DNA of 64,000 nucleotides from Leucoraja ocellata (GCA_036785375.1 JAWMAR010000471.1:1240001-1304000); one strand, 5' to 3'; shown: positions 1-12,732, counted from the first letter of the stretch. Notes: generated by a model not told the origin, from the letters alone. Numbers and translations are program-made.

Positions 1-573
1 GTAGAAGGACGTGGCCCAGTGAAGCAAAAAAAACAAAACAACTCTTGATACATAAAGGGCAAAGCATTTATCCCGGGTTGTGTAAATTCCACTTAAAATA
101 TGACCTTTCAGTTGTTGAACACAGAAGGCTGTGGAGGCCAAGTCAGGGGGAAAATAAGGCAGCGATAGATATATTTTTGATTAGTCGAAGCGTCGGAGGT
201 TTTGACATTGCGGAGAAGGCAGGAGAATGGGGTTCGGAGGGTGACATTGTTCAGCCATTATTGAAAGGCTGAGTGGACCTGATGGGCCGAATGGCCTAAT
301 TACACCGTTGAAACTTGACTATATCCAGGAAAGGATACACTTCAGTCAAGCTGTGGGGAGAATGACTAGTTCTATTGTTTTAACGCCAAGAACCAATTAC
401 AAAATGCTAGAGAACCGACAAAGGTAATTTGTCTCATTCACCGGATCCCGACTCACTGAATCAGCTCCACTATTATCCCGTGCTCGCTTTGATTGTTCCC
501 ACAGCCTGGAATATTTCCAATTTCACTTTCATAATCAGAGTTTGACCTCGCGGATATTCGTCAGTGATTTTCT

Positions 574-955
574 TCACGGTGGCACAACGGTAACGGCGGA
601 GGTGCTGCCTAACAGCGCGTTTAGCACCAGAGACCCGAGTCCGATCCAGACTCCGGGTGTTGTTGGTACGGAGTTTGTATGTTCTCCACATAATCTGTGT
701 GGGTTTTCTCCGAGATCTAGGGTTTCTTCCCACACTCCAAATATGGACAGTTTTGAAGGGTTATTGGCGCTCTATAAATGTAAATATTCCATCGTGTGTG
801 TAGGATAGTGTTAATGTGCGGGGATTGCAGGGAGGCGCGGACTTGGTGGGCCGAAGGGCCCGTTTCCGCGCTGTGTCCATAAACTAAACTAAACTGAACT
901 GAACTAATGTAAACTAAACCAAACTATACTAAAGTAAACTAACCTAAACGAAATT
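574..955 (+). mobile_element. tRNA-derived SINE (HE1/V-SINE-like)
   Basis: tRNA-like head cacggtggcacaacgg..., central block gagtttgtatgttctcc...gtgggttttctcc, CR1-like 3' end gggccgaagggcccgtttcc and (ctaaa)n tail; other copies occur in the window. Confidence 0.8.
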
Positions 956-1121
956 AAATCTCCACTCGTCGAGGGAACAATTAAAGGATCCATAAATAAC
1001 GTTTCCATATATTTTGCAAAATGTGATGAACTACCGGAGACGGTAACTAGTTTCTGTGTGTGTCACAGTCTCCAACAGTCAATGTTAAAACAATAACTAT
1101 TCCACTGTTATTTTTCCACAG

Positions 1122-1427
1122 ATTCGATGTCCGCGGTTTCCCAGAGTACGCCTCAACAATCCTCTCTTTCTGGTGACACTGCCACCCTTAACTGCGTATA
1201 TTCCGGAATCTGCTCGTACACAGTACACTGGTACCGACAGTTCCCAGGGCAGGCTCTGGAATTCCTGCTCCAAAGACACATTTCAGGAAAGCAAGATGAG
1301 GAAGCGGCTGCCGAAGGTCGTATTTCTGGTTCTCTCGATCCTGCCCAGAAAATCAGTCAGTTAACGCTCTCTGAGGTTCTGCCGAGCGACGAGGCTGTGT
1401 ATTACTGTGGGATGAGTCCGCGCATCG
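1122..1427 (+). CDS. TCR V exon (V1), TCR-delta type; probable NAR-TCR supporting V
   Basis: Acceptor tttttccacag ends at 1121, phase 1. Open frame (D)SMSAVSQSTP...TATLNCVYSGICSYTVHWYRQFPGQ...DEAVYYCGMSPRI with canonical Cys/Trp/Cys plus an extra CDR1 Cys, followed by a 23-RSS. Confidence 0.92.
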
Positions 1428-1466
1428 CACAGTGGCACAGCGCAGTGAGATAGCTGTACCAAAACC
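1428..1466 (+). promoter_or_regulatory. 23-RSS of V1
   Basis: Heptamer CACAGTG 1428-1434, 23-nt spacer, nonamer ACCAAAACC 1458-1466 (one mismatch to ACAAAAACC). Confidence 0.95.
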
Positions 1467-1634
1467 TCAGCGTGGCGGGATACAGGCACACAGCACTGCA
1501 GAACATCTGGGGCGCTAACCGAGAACCTCAGTGTAGTATGGATTGTTTACACGTTGCCACGGAAGGAAAGAAAGAAAACATTACAAAGATAAATTATGTT
1601 GAAACTTACAGAAACACAATTAGTCTGGGAAGAG

Positions 1635-1865
1635 NNNNNNNNNNNNNNNNNNNNNNNNNNNNNNNNNNNNNNNNNNNNNNNNNNNNNNNNNNNNNNNNNN
1701 NNNNNNNNNNNNNNNNNNNNNNNNNNNNNNNNNNNNNNNNNNNNNNNNNNNNNNNNNNNNNNNNNNNNNNNNNNNNNNNNNNNNNNNNNNNNNNNNNNNN
1801 NNNNNNNNNNNNNNNNNNNNNNNNNNNNNNNNNNNNNNNNNNNNNNNNNNNNNNNNNNNNNNNNN
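1635..1865. other. assembly gap
   Basis: run of N. Confidence 1.
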
Positions 1866-2376
1866 TCCGACGCTGAGAAGTTTCGAAACGCCCGTTCAAA
1901 AGTTTTTGTCGGAGGGAAGAGGTACAGAGGCAGCGAGAGTTCGAAGTCTGACCTAACGTCGGACTGCGGAAACTTTCCATTTTAAAGGATATCTCCATTC
2001 AGTGCGGGAATTCCAGCGCTTTTATGGAGGGCAGCGAGAGCAGCAGTGGCTGGTGGATTGCCACTCGTACCTGGTGACCGGGAGTCGGAAAGTGTCGGTG
2101 TTTATATCGTTTCTAGCACCATAACCCTGCTCCCATACCGATGTGCCCAGAGCAGGTCGCCGGGGTTTAAACGAAGAGAAGGTACTTATCGAATCCGGCA
2201 GATTTCTGACGCTCGGAAGGCCTGAGATGCCTCCCAAGAGATGCTCTCGGCAGAGAAAGTGGGCGTGGGGGTATTTACTTGCTCGGCTGGAGAGAAAAGC
2301 ATCTGCTGAGAGTGACTTACAGATCGCTCTTGAGCTGATACTGCTGTTATCTGCGGTGCTGGTGTGTAGCCCTGTC

Positions 2377-4298
2377 CATATAATCATATAACAATTACAG
2401 CACGGAAACAGGCCATCTCGACCCTTCTAGTCCGTGCCGAACACGTGTTCTCCCCTAGTCCCATATACCTGCGCTCAGACCATAACCCTCCATTCCCTTC
2501 ACGTCCATATAACTATCCAATTTATTTTTAAATGATAAAAACGAACCTGCCTCCACCACCTTCACTGGAAGCACATTCCACACAGCTACCACTCTCTGAG
2601 TAAAGACGTTCCACCTCATGTTACCCCTAAACTTCAGTCCCTTAATTCTCAAGTCATGTCCCCTTGTTTGAATCTTCCCTACTCTCAGTGGGAAAAGCTT
2701 TTCCACGTCAACTCTGTCTATCCGTATCATCATTTTAAAAACCTCTATCAAGTCCCCCTTAACCTTCTGCGCTCCAAAGAATAAAGCCCTAACTTGTTCA
2801 ACCTTTCTCTGTAACTTAGTTGCTGAAACCCAGGCAACATTCTAATAAATCTCCTCTGTACTCTCTCTATTTTGTTGACACCCTTCCTATAATTAGGCGA
2901 CCAAAATTGTACACCATACTCCAGAATTGGCCTCACCAATGCCTTGTACGATTTTAACATTATATCCCAACTTCTATACTCAATGCTCTGATTTATAAAG
3001 GCCAGCACACCAAAAGCTTTCTTTACCACCCTATCTACGTGAGATTTCACTTTCAGGGAACTGTGCACAGTTATTCCCAGATCCCTCTGTTCACCTACAT
3101 TCTTCAATTCCCTACCATTTACCATGTACGTCCTATTTTGATTTGTCCTGCCAAGATGTAGCACCTCACACTTATCAGCATTAAACTCCATCGGCCATCT
3201 TTCAGCCCACTCTTCCAACTGGCATAAATCTCTCTGTAGACTTTGAAACTCTACTTCATTACCCGCAACCCCACCTATCTTAGTGTCATCTGCATACTTA
3301 CTAATCCAATTTACCACACCATCATCCAGATCATTGTTGTACATGACAAACAACAGTGGACCCAACACAGATCCCTGTGGCACCCCACTCGTCACTGGCC
3401 TCCAACCTGACAAACAACCATCCACCATTACTCTCTGGCATCTCCCATTCAGCCACTGTTGAATCCATCTTGCGACTCCACCATTAATACCCAACCATTG
3501 AACCTTCTTAACCAACCTTCCATGAGGAACCTTGTCACAGGCCTTACTGAAGTCCATATACACAACATCCACTACTTTACCCTCATCAATTTCCCGAGTA
3601 ACATCTTCAAAAAATTCAAGAAGATTAGTTAAACATGACCTTCCAGGCACAAATCCATGTTGACTGTTCCTAATCAGACCCTGTTTATCCAGATGCTTAT
3701 ATATATTATCTCTAAGTATTCTTTCCATTAATTTGCCCACCACTGACGTCAAACTAACAGGTCTATAATTGCTAGGTTTACTCTTAGACCCCTTTTTAAA
3801 CAATGGAACAGCATGCGCAGTACGCCAATCCTCCGGCACTATTCCCGTTTCTAATGACATTTGAAATATTTCTGCCATAGCCCCTGCTATTTCTACACTA
3901 ACTTCCCTCAATGTCCTAGGGAATATCCTGTCCGGACCTGGAGACTTATCCACTTTTATATTTCTCAAAAGTGTCAGTACTTCCTCTTCTTTGATCCTCA
4001 TAGTTTCCATAGCTACTCTACTTGTTTCCCGTACCTCACATAATTCAATATCCTTCTCCTTGGTGAATACCGAAGAAAAGAAACTGTTCAATATCTCCCC
4101 ATCTCTTTTGGCTCTGCAGATAGTTGTCCACTCTGACTCTCTAATGGACCAATTTTGTCCCTCGTTATCCTTTTGCTATTAATATAGCGGTAGAAACCCT
4201 TCGGATTTACTTTTACCTTACTTGCCAAAGCAACCTCATATCTTCTTTTAGCTTTACTAATTTTTCTTTCTTAACATTCTTTTTACCAATCATTATAG
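2377..4298 (-). mobile_element. CR1 LINE, ORF2 reverse transcriptase and 3' end (family with gtgctgtaattgttatat tail)
   Basis: 447-aa ORF 2748-4091 with KSPGPD, NYRPVSLTS, GVPQGSVLGP, YADD; frameshifted C-terminus; runs into the gap. Confidence 0.95.
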
Positions 4299-4498
4299 NN
4301 NNNNNNNNNNNNNNNNNNNNNNNNNNNNNNNNNNNNNNNNNNNNNNNNNNNNNNNNNNNNNNNNNNNNNNNNNNNNNNNNNNNNNNNNNNNNNNNNNNNN
4401 NNNNNNNNNNNNNNNNNNNNNNNNNNNNNNNNNNNNNNNNNNNNNNNNNNNNNNNNNNNNNNNNNNNNNNNNNNNNNNNNNNNNNNNNNNNNNNNNNN
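4299..4498. other. assembly gap
   Basis: run of N. Confidence 1.
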
Positions 4499-4563
4499 TT
4501 TGTATTTTCACAAACATCCGATAATCAAACCACTCACGTGTTGTAGTGATATTATTTTAATGA

Positions 4564-5471
4564 TCACTTTACCAATTGCCCTATATTTTTAGCGCAACGG
4601 AATGGATATGTTAGCACACGGACCAACTCATCTCTGAACTTGCGCTGTGTCACGGTGTAAATGGCCGTGTTGGTGCAGGAGCTCAGGAGCTGAAACATAA
4701 ATCCAAACTTTTCAAATTCGAACAGGGGGTTTGTCCAGGACCTGCGTAAGGACAAATTAAAACATCGAAGCGCAATAAAATGTGCGACACTTGTGGCCCA
4801 GAGCAGGATGAAGGTGCTCGAGATTGCCAGAAGTAAAACGACCGAGCGTCTGCGGTTCACCATCTCCTGGTCTTTCATTTTCTCCCCACCGCTGAGGTCC
4901 CGGAGGCTCCTGCGGACCCGACTGGCCACGGAAATACGTCTGACGGTGAGCGCGTTAAACAACAAAATCAGGCAGAATGGAATCACCGAGGTGAACAACT
5001 GTTCGATCCAAGAGAACACTATCCATTCGTGACGCATGTAAAAATATACATCTTTGGCGCAGCCCAGATTCAGTTCAGTTGGGAAATAGGGAACGTATGC
5101 GAAGGGCAAATGTGTATTCAGAAGGCAGACGAACGGGGTCACTGTCAGAATAACAATCGACGCGGTTCTCTCGCTGCAATATTTGGCCTTCATATTCTTA
5201 GTAGAAATCGCAACAAAGCGATCAAATGTGAACGCGACTGTGAACCATACAGAACAATCCACCGACACGGGAGCCAGGTAGAGTATTATTTTACACACAG
5301 GAGTGTAGGTCAATGAAGTAGGCCACCAAAACATTTCAGCAATCCGACCAAATACCAAGTCAATGAGAAGCACAGAGAGGTCCGCGGTCGCCATGGCTAC
5401 CATGTAACGAGTGATGCACTTGGAGAGGTCGCACTTGCCACGGGACAGGATCACAATCGCCATCAGATTCA
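4564..5471 (-). CDS. GPCR-1 exon 2 (class A 7TM, GPR139/GPR142-like family)
   Basis: Acceptor ttttattccttcccag, phase 1. VNLMAIVILSRGKC..., MATADL, VAFTFDRF, NRRRSVVLL, SSCTNTAIY, then stop. Joined to exon 1 (15065-15134) it gives 325 aa. Confidence 0.93.
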
Positions 5472-6399
5472 CTGGGAAGGAATAAAAACATAAACTGGTG
5501 AATTGTGTTGGGGTTTGCGACGGTGGATGAGGGTTATTTAAACGTGCGCATATTTGGGACGATCAACCATCAAAGTTGTCTATAAAGATGTTCACTCGTC
5601 AGCAAATGATTAAAGACCTGATTACCAAAACTCGTGAAATTTGAATGAATGAACTTTATTGTCATTCAGATATACACCTAGACACAGTGCACCTTGAACG
5701 AAATGTCGTTGCATTTGACTCTCCAAAATCAGGTAATAGTAAAAAGTGCTAGGTGCGTCCATAAAAAATGCCTCATGTGCATAGTTCTGTAAAATAAATA
5801 TGTATACAAAGTTTTTAAAAAGTGTCGATATTTAAAAAGTTCTAGCCTCGGGTTTGTTGATTGTTCAGTAATCTTATGGCCTGGGGATGAAGCTGTTGCA
5901 GAAATTGCTGTTTCTATTTATCTGCACATATTTATGCCAACCGTTTAATATTGATGTTTTGTTACCCCTGCATGATCGTGGCAGCTGCAGTCTCTGTTAT
6001 ATGTCCTTCAAAAACCTATCTTAAAATTGCCTTCCGACCTGAGGGGGAACATGACTGGTTGTTCAACTTTTGTTGAGTAAGTTGTTCATGCGATCTTCAA
6101 ATCAGTCTCTGCGAAAATAACCCTGTGGAATGTTATGAGTTTTACATAAAAGGCTGTGCCAAGTTACGGGACGGGGTGGGTTTTTTTTCTTCTTTCTTTC
6201 TAGGGAGTGCACTACGGAACAGGTAGTCCCACACACAGCGAGGACGCCGTGTCGCGTGCTCCACCAACAGCGCAGGTGCATCGGTTGTAGCCCAAATCCG
6301 TGGAGGTTAAATTTGTACCTGAGTCTATGAGAGGCCCTCTCCATTTTCGGTGATGGAATTTTTTCAACTGGGTGAGAAGTTCTGTACACGGGTAAAACT

Positions 6400-6457
6400 T
6401 TAATACACCAACCCAACAACTAGAATATTAACAAATCACATGTTATCAACTAAATTT
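6400..6457 (+). mobile_element. L1-clade LINE, 5' piece upstream of the DIRS insertion
   Basis: Reads RILTNHMLSTKF and continues in frame into SRCCRQGCPLSP at 11255 once the DIRS is removed. Confidence 0.75.
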
Positions 6458-9400
6458 AATAGTAAGATTAAACGAGAACTTACCAGTTTGAAGTTTGATC
6501 CGTATTTTATGAGGAGTTACGATGAGGGATTACGTGAAGAACCCGCCTCAGGACGCATGTGCGGCATACTTCAAAGCAGCGGTGTGGAATCACAGATAGA
6601 CACAAGTATTTGAAGTAACATAGTAAAGACAAAGAGACATCAATTTATCAGTTTGATCCATATAATGAGGGTGGGAGCGGAGGGCACGTAATCCCTCATC
6701 GTAACTCCTCATAAAATACAGATCAAACTTCAAACTGGTAAGTTCTCGTTTAATCTTACTATTTTACTTCGGAGTCACGTGAGTGACTACGTGAAGATTT
6801 CAAAGCTTCTGTGATTTCAAACCGTGTAACAGCTTTATATCACTCACTGCCGAAGTCTTTGAGGGAGGAAATGTGTTACCGTAATCAACCAATGAATCTG
6901 TTTATAGAAAAACAATGGTATTTTTACAGTAACAATGAAGAAATTTAAATTCTCCCCTGGGCTAATTTAAATATTTGCAGATTGGAATCTTTCCTGCAAA
7001 TAAAAACAGGTTTTGTCAACAGTTTATAATAAATTATTTCTCTGAACGTTTTACCCCCATCATTCTGCTGTAGCCAGGATGTGGTTTATAGGCACGTCCA
7101 TTCTTTTGCCGTTGACGTGGAAGCTTGTCCTGTGGAATGAAAAACTTTGTACATGTTAGTTTTATCCCAGGAGCTTTAATACCCGCTTGAGCCACCCCAA
7201 AAAAGGCTCGTTACCCGACCACGAGGTTTTTTTGTGACCAACCCACAAGGCTTTTCATCTCCCTCGAATATTTAGGTTGTGTCTATGTAAGGTAACAGGG
7301 TCATGGCACATTACCGTGTTTTCTGGCGGATAAGCCCGGATTTTATGACTGGATAAGGTGTTCCTGGTCTGGTTTGGCCATTCCCTGGACAATGATAGAG
7401 ATCTGGTCTGAAGCTATGAGCATGGTGTCCAGTTGCAATAGGAGTAGTGACTGGACCCTCTGTGCTGCTCCATGTGCCTTCAACATATGTATTTAGAGCA
7501 TAGAAGGTTCAGGTTAAGGGATCTGGCTGGTGGGTATCCCCTGAGGAATGGTTGTACCACTGTGACATCCCATATATGGGTGTACCTGGTCTAGTGGTTT
7601 AGAGTTTTAATAACCTTCAAAGATTTACCACCAGCCAGTGACCCCATGGCCTGTTGTCCTGTAGCTGTTTTGAAACAACAGGCAGGGCAATTCTAGCTGT
7701 GTTGATGGTACTGTAGCCGAATCCTTCATTGTGATGAAGGTTCTCCAGGAATTCCAGTTCGTAGTAACTGAATCAGTTGAGTAGGTTATCCCTGTATCCT
7801 TGCAGTACTTCTCTTGATGCTGGGCAAGTGCTGTAGTCCAGTGGATGTTCAGAAATATGCTGACATGGTGTCGATGGTTCAGTATAACAATCCCAGTCCC
7901 ATATGAGGCTTGTGCAGAGTCTGCAACCCAGGAGCTTGATTTCCCATGGCACAGATGACTTGTGCCCGGCTCCGAGTGTTAATAATTCTGGGTACTGGGA
8001 AATACCATCCAAGTTTCAACAACCATGTCATGGCGTATAGTGAACAATGGCTGCGTAAGTCCGTCAGGTACTATCAAATACCTGAAGCAGAATCCTTTTG
8101 TACTGTGCGTAGTCCTCGATTGGTGTGGCAGAAGGGAAGAAATACATAGAAATAATTTCACCAATGCAGCGCGAACGCATTTGTCTATGGATTATTATAA
8201 ATACATTCTTGATTGACAACATGACCTGTAGGTCAGAAAAGTTATAATATATAGCTGACGAGCTTTCTGCTGGTAACTATCTGTCCCAGAGAAATTGGCA
8301 ATGAAGAGTCCACTGCCCCATGGTCTGGTTTCCCTCGCGACATACATAGGACATCCCCAAACACCTGGTGATATAGCGTTGATGCAGATAATCGATATCA
8401 GATTCAGATTCAATTTTAATTGTCATTGTCAGTGTGCAGTACAGAGACAATGAAGTGCATTAATATCTGGTGCGTCATATAGCTTGATAGTTTTGTTAAA
8501 ACTTTTTGTTTTAATTTTTTTTTAATAAAAACATCTAATTGATGTTGTCCTTAAATTTATGTGACCTGGTGTCTGTCACTGTATTTTGCTTACCTGGCAG
8601 GTAAGTTGCTGATAGTCAAATACATGTTTGGACACACCATTGCCAAATTGTTTTGACCAACTTGTCATATGATACCGACTTTATGCTGCCCATATGGTTA
8701 ATGTAGGCCATCTCCGTAGTGTAGTCTATTTATAACCGTACATGCAAGTGCTTTAAAACCCATAAAATTCACCCGAACATTTTTTAGATAATTAATGCCC
8801 AGTATAAGTGGTAACCCCACCACTGTATTTCTGATATTACTTCAGTGGGTAACTTCATGAGATGGTCAATGACAACCTATATGTTGTTTTTGATACTAAG
8901 GTCTGAATCATGTAGACAGAAATGCTACCATTTTCCCAATTACTCTGTTACTTGTCGAGTAGTTGGTAGTTTGTTTACCATTAATTTGTTGCTTGTTTGT
9001 GCCAATTCAACTATGTTGTCTCTTGGCAACATTATAGTTACGTGGACTGAATTAATATGAAACCCAAGTTAGTCCAGGAAAGAGCTCTATATGCTGGTAG
9101 GAACCAGACCCACCTACCTCCATGGTTATTGGCGGTTTTGTCTTTTCTGTTTTCTGAGTGCTTTTGTTCTGACGACGTGCTGGCGACGTTGGGGGGAGGC
9201 GCATTTTCCAGGGGGTCCGCGGCGGGCCCTGATCTAAAAGACCTTTGGGGATAATGCGGCCCCAAGCGTTCACCAGTCCCATATTCTAGACGTCGACTGG
9301 TGGATGGCGTGGGGTGCTGCTGCTTGGGTATCGGAAGTCGTGGTTTGCTCGTCCCGGGGCCTGCCCTCATGATGCCGAAGGTTTTTGATGCCTCTTCCAT

Positions 9401-11254
9401 CTCCTTCAGTTTTTTGTTGAGATCTCTCCCAAATAGCAGTGAGTCTGCCTCCGCAGCTGGGGCTTTACTCAAGCCTGCAAATTTTGAGATTGAGGGCAGG
9501 TCTTATATTTCCCTCCGGAGATTGTTTAGTTCAAATTGTGTGGTACACCTTAATACCAGCACTTCCTGCTGGTATGTGTTCACCTTCGTTGTCTCCATAG
9601 AACGAGCATAGGCTGTGATAGCTGACGTCAGGAGCCTTCGGATCCGCTGTAGCTTGAGTTTCTATGCCCGCATAAGGGACCCCACATTCGCAGATTTTGC
9701 TGTTGAGGCTTTTTTCCCCTTAAGGGCCTCACAGTTCTCTGGTGCTGTATATTCTTGCAGCACCTCGGCGAGCACCTTCTTCAGTAGAGGTTTGTTGGAT
9801 AGGTGGTTAATACTGGCTGCCATTTTTTGGCTCCAGCGGTGCTCCAGCCCGTGGGGTTGCTACGAAGCGGTCCACCACACCCAACAGCTGTTCCTGATCC
9901 TGCACCCCATGCATACTCCCGATTTTGTCCGCCTGTCCCATTTCCAGACCAGCCCTGCCCTGGTCACCAATGCTAGCCTCCTGCTCCAACCCGTGGTATG
10001 AGGGTAGCAAAGGGCAGTGCCTGACACGACACTATGGAGGAGGTGCCTGTCCTGTCTCGCCCGGAGCGCTGCTGTTCCCGGTGGACCTTCTCCTCCAGGA
10101 GCTGCTAAATGCAGCTCAGGCGGCTGTCTCTCTCTGCTTTGGTGGAGACATGTCCCCCTCCGACGAATCGGAGACGACCCGCCGTTTGGCTTCCTGGCCG
10201 CTTTCCCAGTCCGCCGTGCAGGCTCTGGCGAGACTGGGCTTGGCTCGGTCTCAGGGATAGCGAAAACCGCTCTGCGAGCGACGCTGCCACCGGTTGCAGC
10301 CCCGCTGGTAGAGTTGGAGCGGGGCAGTTTCTCTTTGCGAGTTTTTTGCGTTGTGTTCCTGAAACCTGCAATAAAACACAACTGCAAACTCATCTTTCCA
10401 ATGCCCAAGAGCCGCTCCTGCAGCTCAGGCGGTTGTCTCTCCCCCTCCTGGGTGGAGAGACGTCCCCGTCCGATGTCGGCACCACCGGCCGGTTTTACAT
10501 ACATCCAGCCCGCTGCTCAGGCGCTAGCGGGCTGGGCTCGGTCGCGGTGTCGGGTTAGCGGACCGCCCGCTAACCGGTCCTACCGCCTGTTGCTGCCCAA
10601 TGTCCTCCGTCGAGCGGGCAGGTGCAGCATTTTCCCCAGCCCGCTGCTGAAGTGCTGACGGGCTTGGTGCAGTGTCGGGAGCGGGGCGCTGATTAGCGGT
10701 CTTCGCTCTCTCTCTCTCTCTGCACTCGGGCTGCTGCTCTCCTGCACTCGGGCTGCAGCGCACTCCACGCCAGCACTGCGTAGTGGGTCCCCTCAACGGC
10801 TCCGAATGGTCGGAAGCCTCCGCCCGTCCGCCTGCCTGCCTCACCTGGCCAGTACTCGAGGGCGAGCGAGGACTGAGGGGAACCTCCAACGCAGTGCAAG
10901 CGCCGTCTTCCTGCGCTCTCTCTCGATGTCGCCCCTGTGGAGTTTACCGGCACCGGCACAGCTCCCATCCATGGTCCGCCGTGAGTGCGGTCCTGGTGGC
11001 GTCTTTCCCCCCCTCCCGCGAAACGGAAAACTCCTCCCGGAGTCCAAGGGGGCCGCTTGCATGCTCTGTGGGGAACAAGCAGACGCGAAGGGGCTGTTAA
11101 AATAAAGGTAAGTACTTACCTAAAGCTTAGTTTTTCTGGTTGCTGCGGGAGCCCTGTCTCCCGCCTGCCGCTGTTGCCTGCTGAAACGTAATGCCGCACA
11201 TGCGTCCTGAGGCGGGTTCTTCACGTAGTCACTCACGTGACTCCGAAGTAAAAT
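6458..11254 (-). mobile_element. DIRS1-like tyrosine-recombinase retrotransposon, internally deleted and degenerate
   Basis: Inverted repeat 6531-6567 / 11191-11227. Internal complementary region 6685-6797 matches both termini. gag-like remnant (LLFGRDL, 9038-9472), RNase H remnant (IDYTTEMAYINHMG...YLPGKQN, ~8560-8745), recombinase HST(R)-like remnant ~7100-7145. Confidence 0.92.
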
Positions 11255-12539
11255 TGATCTAGATGTTGTAGACAAGGATGCCCGCTATCTCCGTTATTGT
11301 TCGAACTCGCTATTGAGCCATTTGTTGAAAGTGTTGGGGCCCATCCAGAAATATACTGGTATAATACTAAAGGCACTGTGAATAAAAATTATTTATATGC
11401 AGATGATGTATTAATTTACAATACAAAACCAGAAATTAGTATCCTAAACTTATTAAATCTAATAACTCAGTTTGGTTTGTTTTCTCGATACAGAATTAAT
11501 TGGAATAAAAGTGAAATCATGCCATAACGGAACTTAATCCACATATAATACATCAATCCCCGTTTAAAATAGTTAATGAAAAATGTTAATATCTGGGAAT
11601 TTATGTCACTAAGACATATGCTTCGTTATTTAAATTAAATTTCTCCCCTTTACTGAATAAACTACTCAAGAATATTCAGTATTGGCAAACATTCCCTATT
11701 TCAATGTTTGGGAGAATTAATGTCATAAAAATGATTTTTTGCACCGCAATTATTATACATCTTTCAATCAAACCCGATATATCTTCCTTTTTATTTTAAA
11801 GGTGGACTCCATCGTCACTGATTTTATCTGGGATTATAAGAATCATAGAATAAGCAAAAAAACTTTTATGCAAATCAAAGACAAATGGAGGTTTAGCTTT
11901 ACCGAATTTTTTGTTTTATTTCTGGGCAGTTAATATTAAAAATATGAACTTTTGGCTGGAAGAAATGGACCAACAACCAGATTGGTTAAAGATGGCAAAG
12001 GAAGATTGTTTACCTTTTGAAATTGGTTCGATTCTGCTTACTACCTCAAAATTGAATTAAAAAACTTACAGGGAAAATCCTATAGTATACAGTGGTATGC
12101 GAATTTGGAAACAATTAAAAAAGACCTTAAAATAGTATAATGAATCACTCTATCTCCCCCATCGTGAACAAACCCTCGTTTAAACATTCTATGTTCGATA
12201 AAGGTTTCATACAATGGAAAAATTATGGAATTAAAAGGATGGGACAACTTTTTTAAGAAAGGCATCTTTCTATCATTTCAGGAGCTACAACAGACTTACG
12301 GACTCCACTGGAATGATTTTTTTTTAGATATTTACAACTTAGAGATTATGTTAAATCATATACACAAAACCTTGGAACTAGAGATCCGGAAATTATTGAT
12401 GATTGTTTGAATAAACATCCTAATACAGATAAATTAATATCTCATATTTATAATATCCTATTAGATAGTGAGATACCACCAACGGATGTATATAGAGAAA
12501 TATGGGAAAATGAACTAACCCAACCAATAACGAAAGATA

Positions 12540-12732
12540 CACAAAACAGCTGGAGAAACTCAGAGGGTGCAGCAGCATCTATGGAGCGAAGGAAATAGGC
12601 AATGTTTCGGGGCCGAAACAGGCCCGAAACATTGCCTATTTCCTTCGCTCAATAGATGCTGCTGCACCCGCTGAGTTTCTCCAGCTTTTTTGTGTACCTT
12701 CGATTCTCCAGCATCTGCAGTTCCTTCTTAAA
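12540..12732. mobile_element. Palindromic Penelope-derived repeat with 15-bp target-site duplication
   Basis: Inverted arms of about 70 bp centred near 12615; caataacgaaagata at 12525-12539 and 12733-12747. Confidence 0.7.

Noticed and set aside
362-430. ATG...AAAG|GTAATT as a possible leader exon for V1
   Set aside because: The peptide is not hydrophobic and the donor is phase 2, incompatible with the phase-1 V acceptor
570-605. FLHGGTTVTAE peptide resembling an IgNAR/NAR-TCR J segment upstream of V1
   Set aside because: It is the tRNA-like head of a SINE, with no RSS in front of it
1596-1998. ORFs spanning N runs (also 4293-4517 and 52810-53373)
   Set aside because: Artefacts of assembly gaps
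2332-2376. ELILLLSAVLVCSP, resembling an IgNAR-type leader
   Set aside because: No ATG at the expected position, no phase-1 donor (it abuts a CR1 tail), and no V exon visible downstream; a relic cannot be excluded
9600-11190. Many overlapping GC-rich ORFs
   Set aside because: They lie within the DIRS 5'/gag region and reflect high GC content
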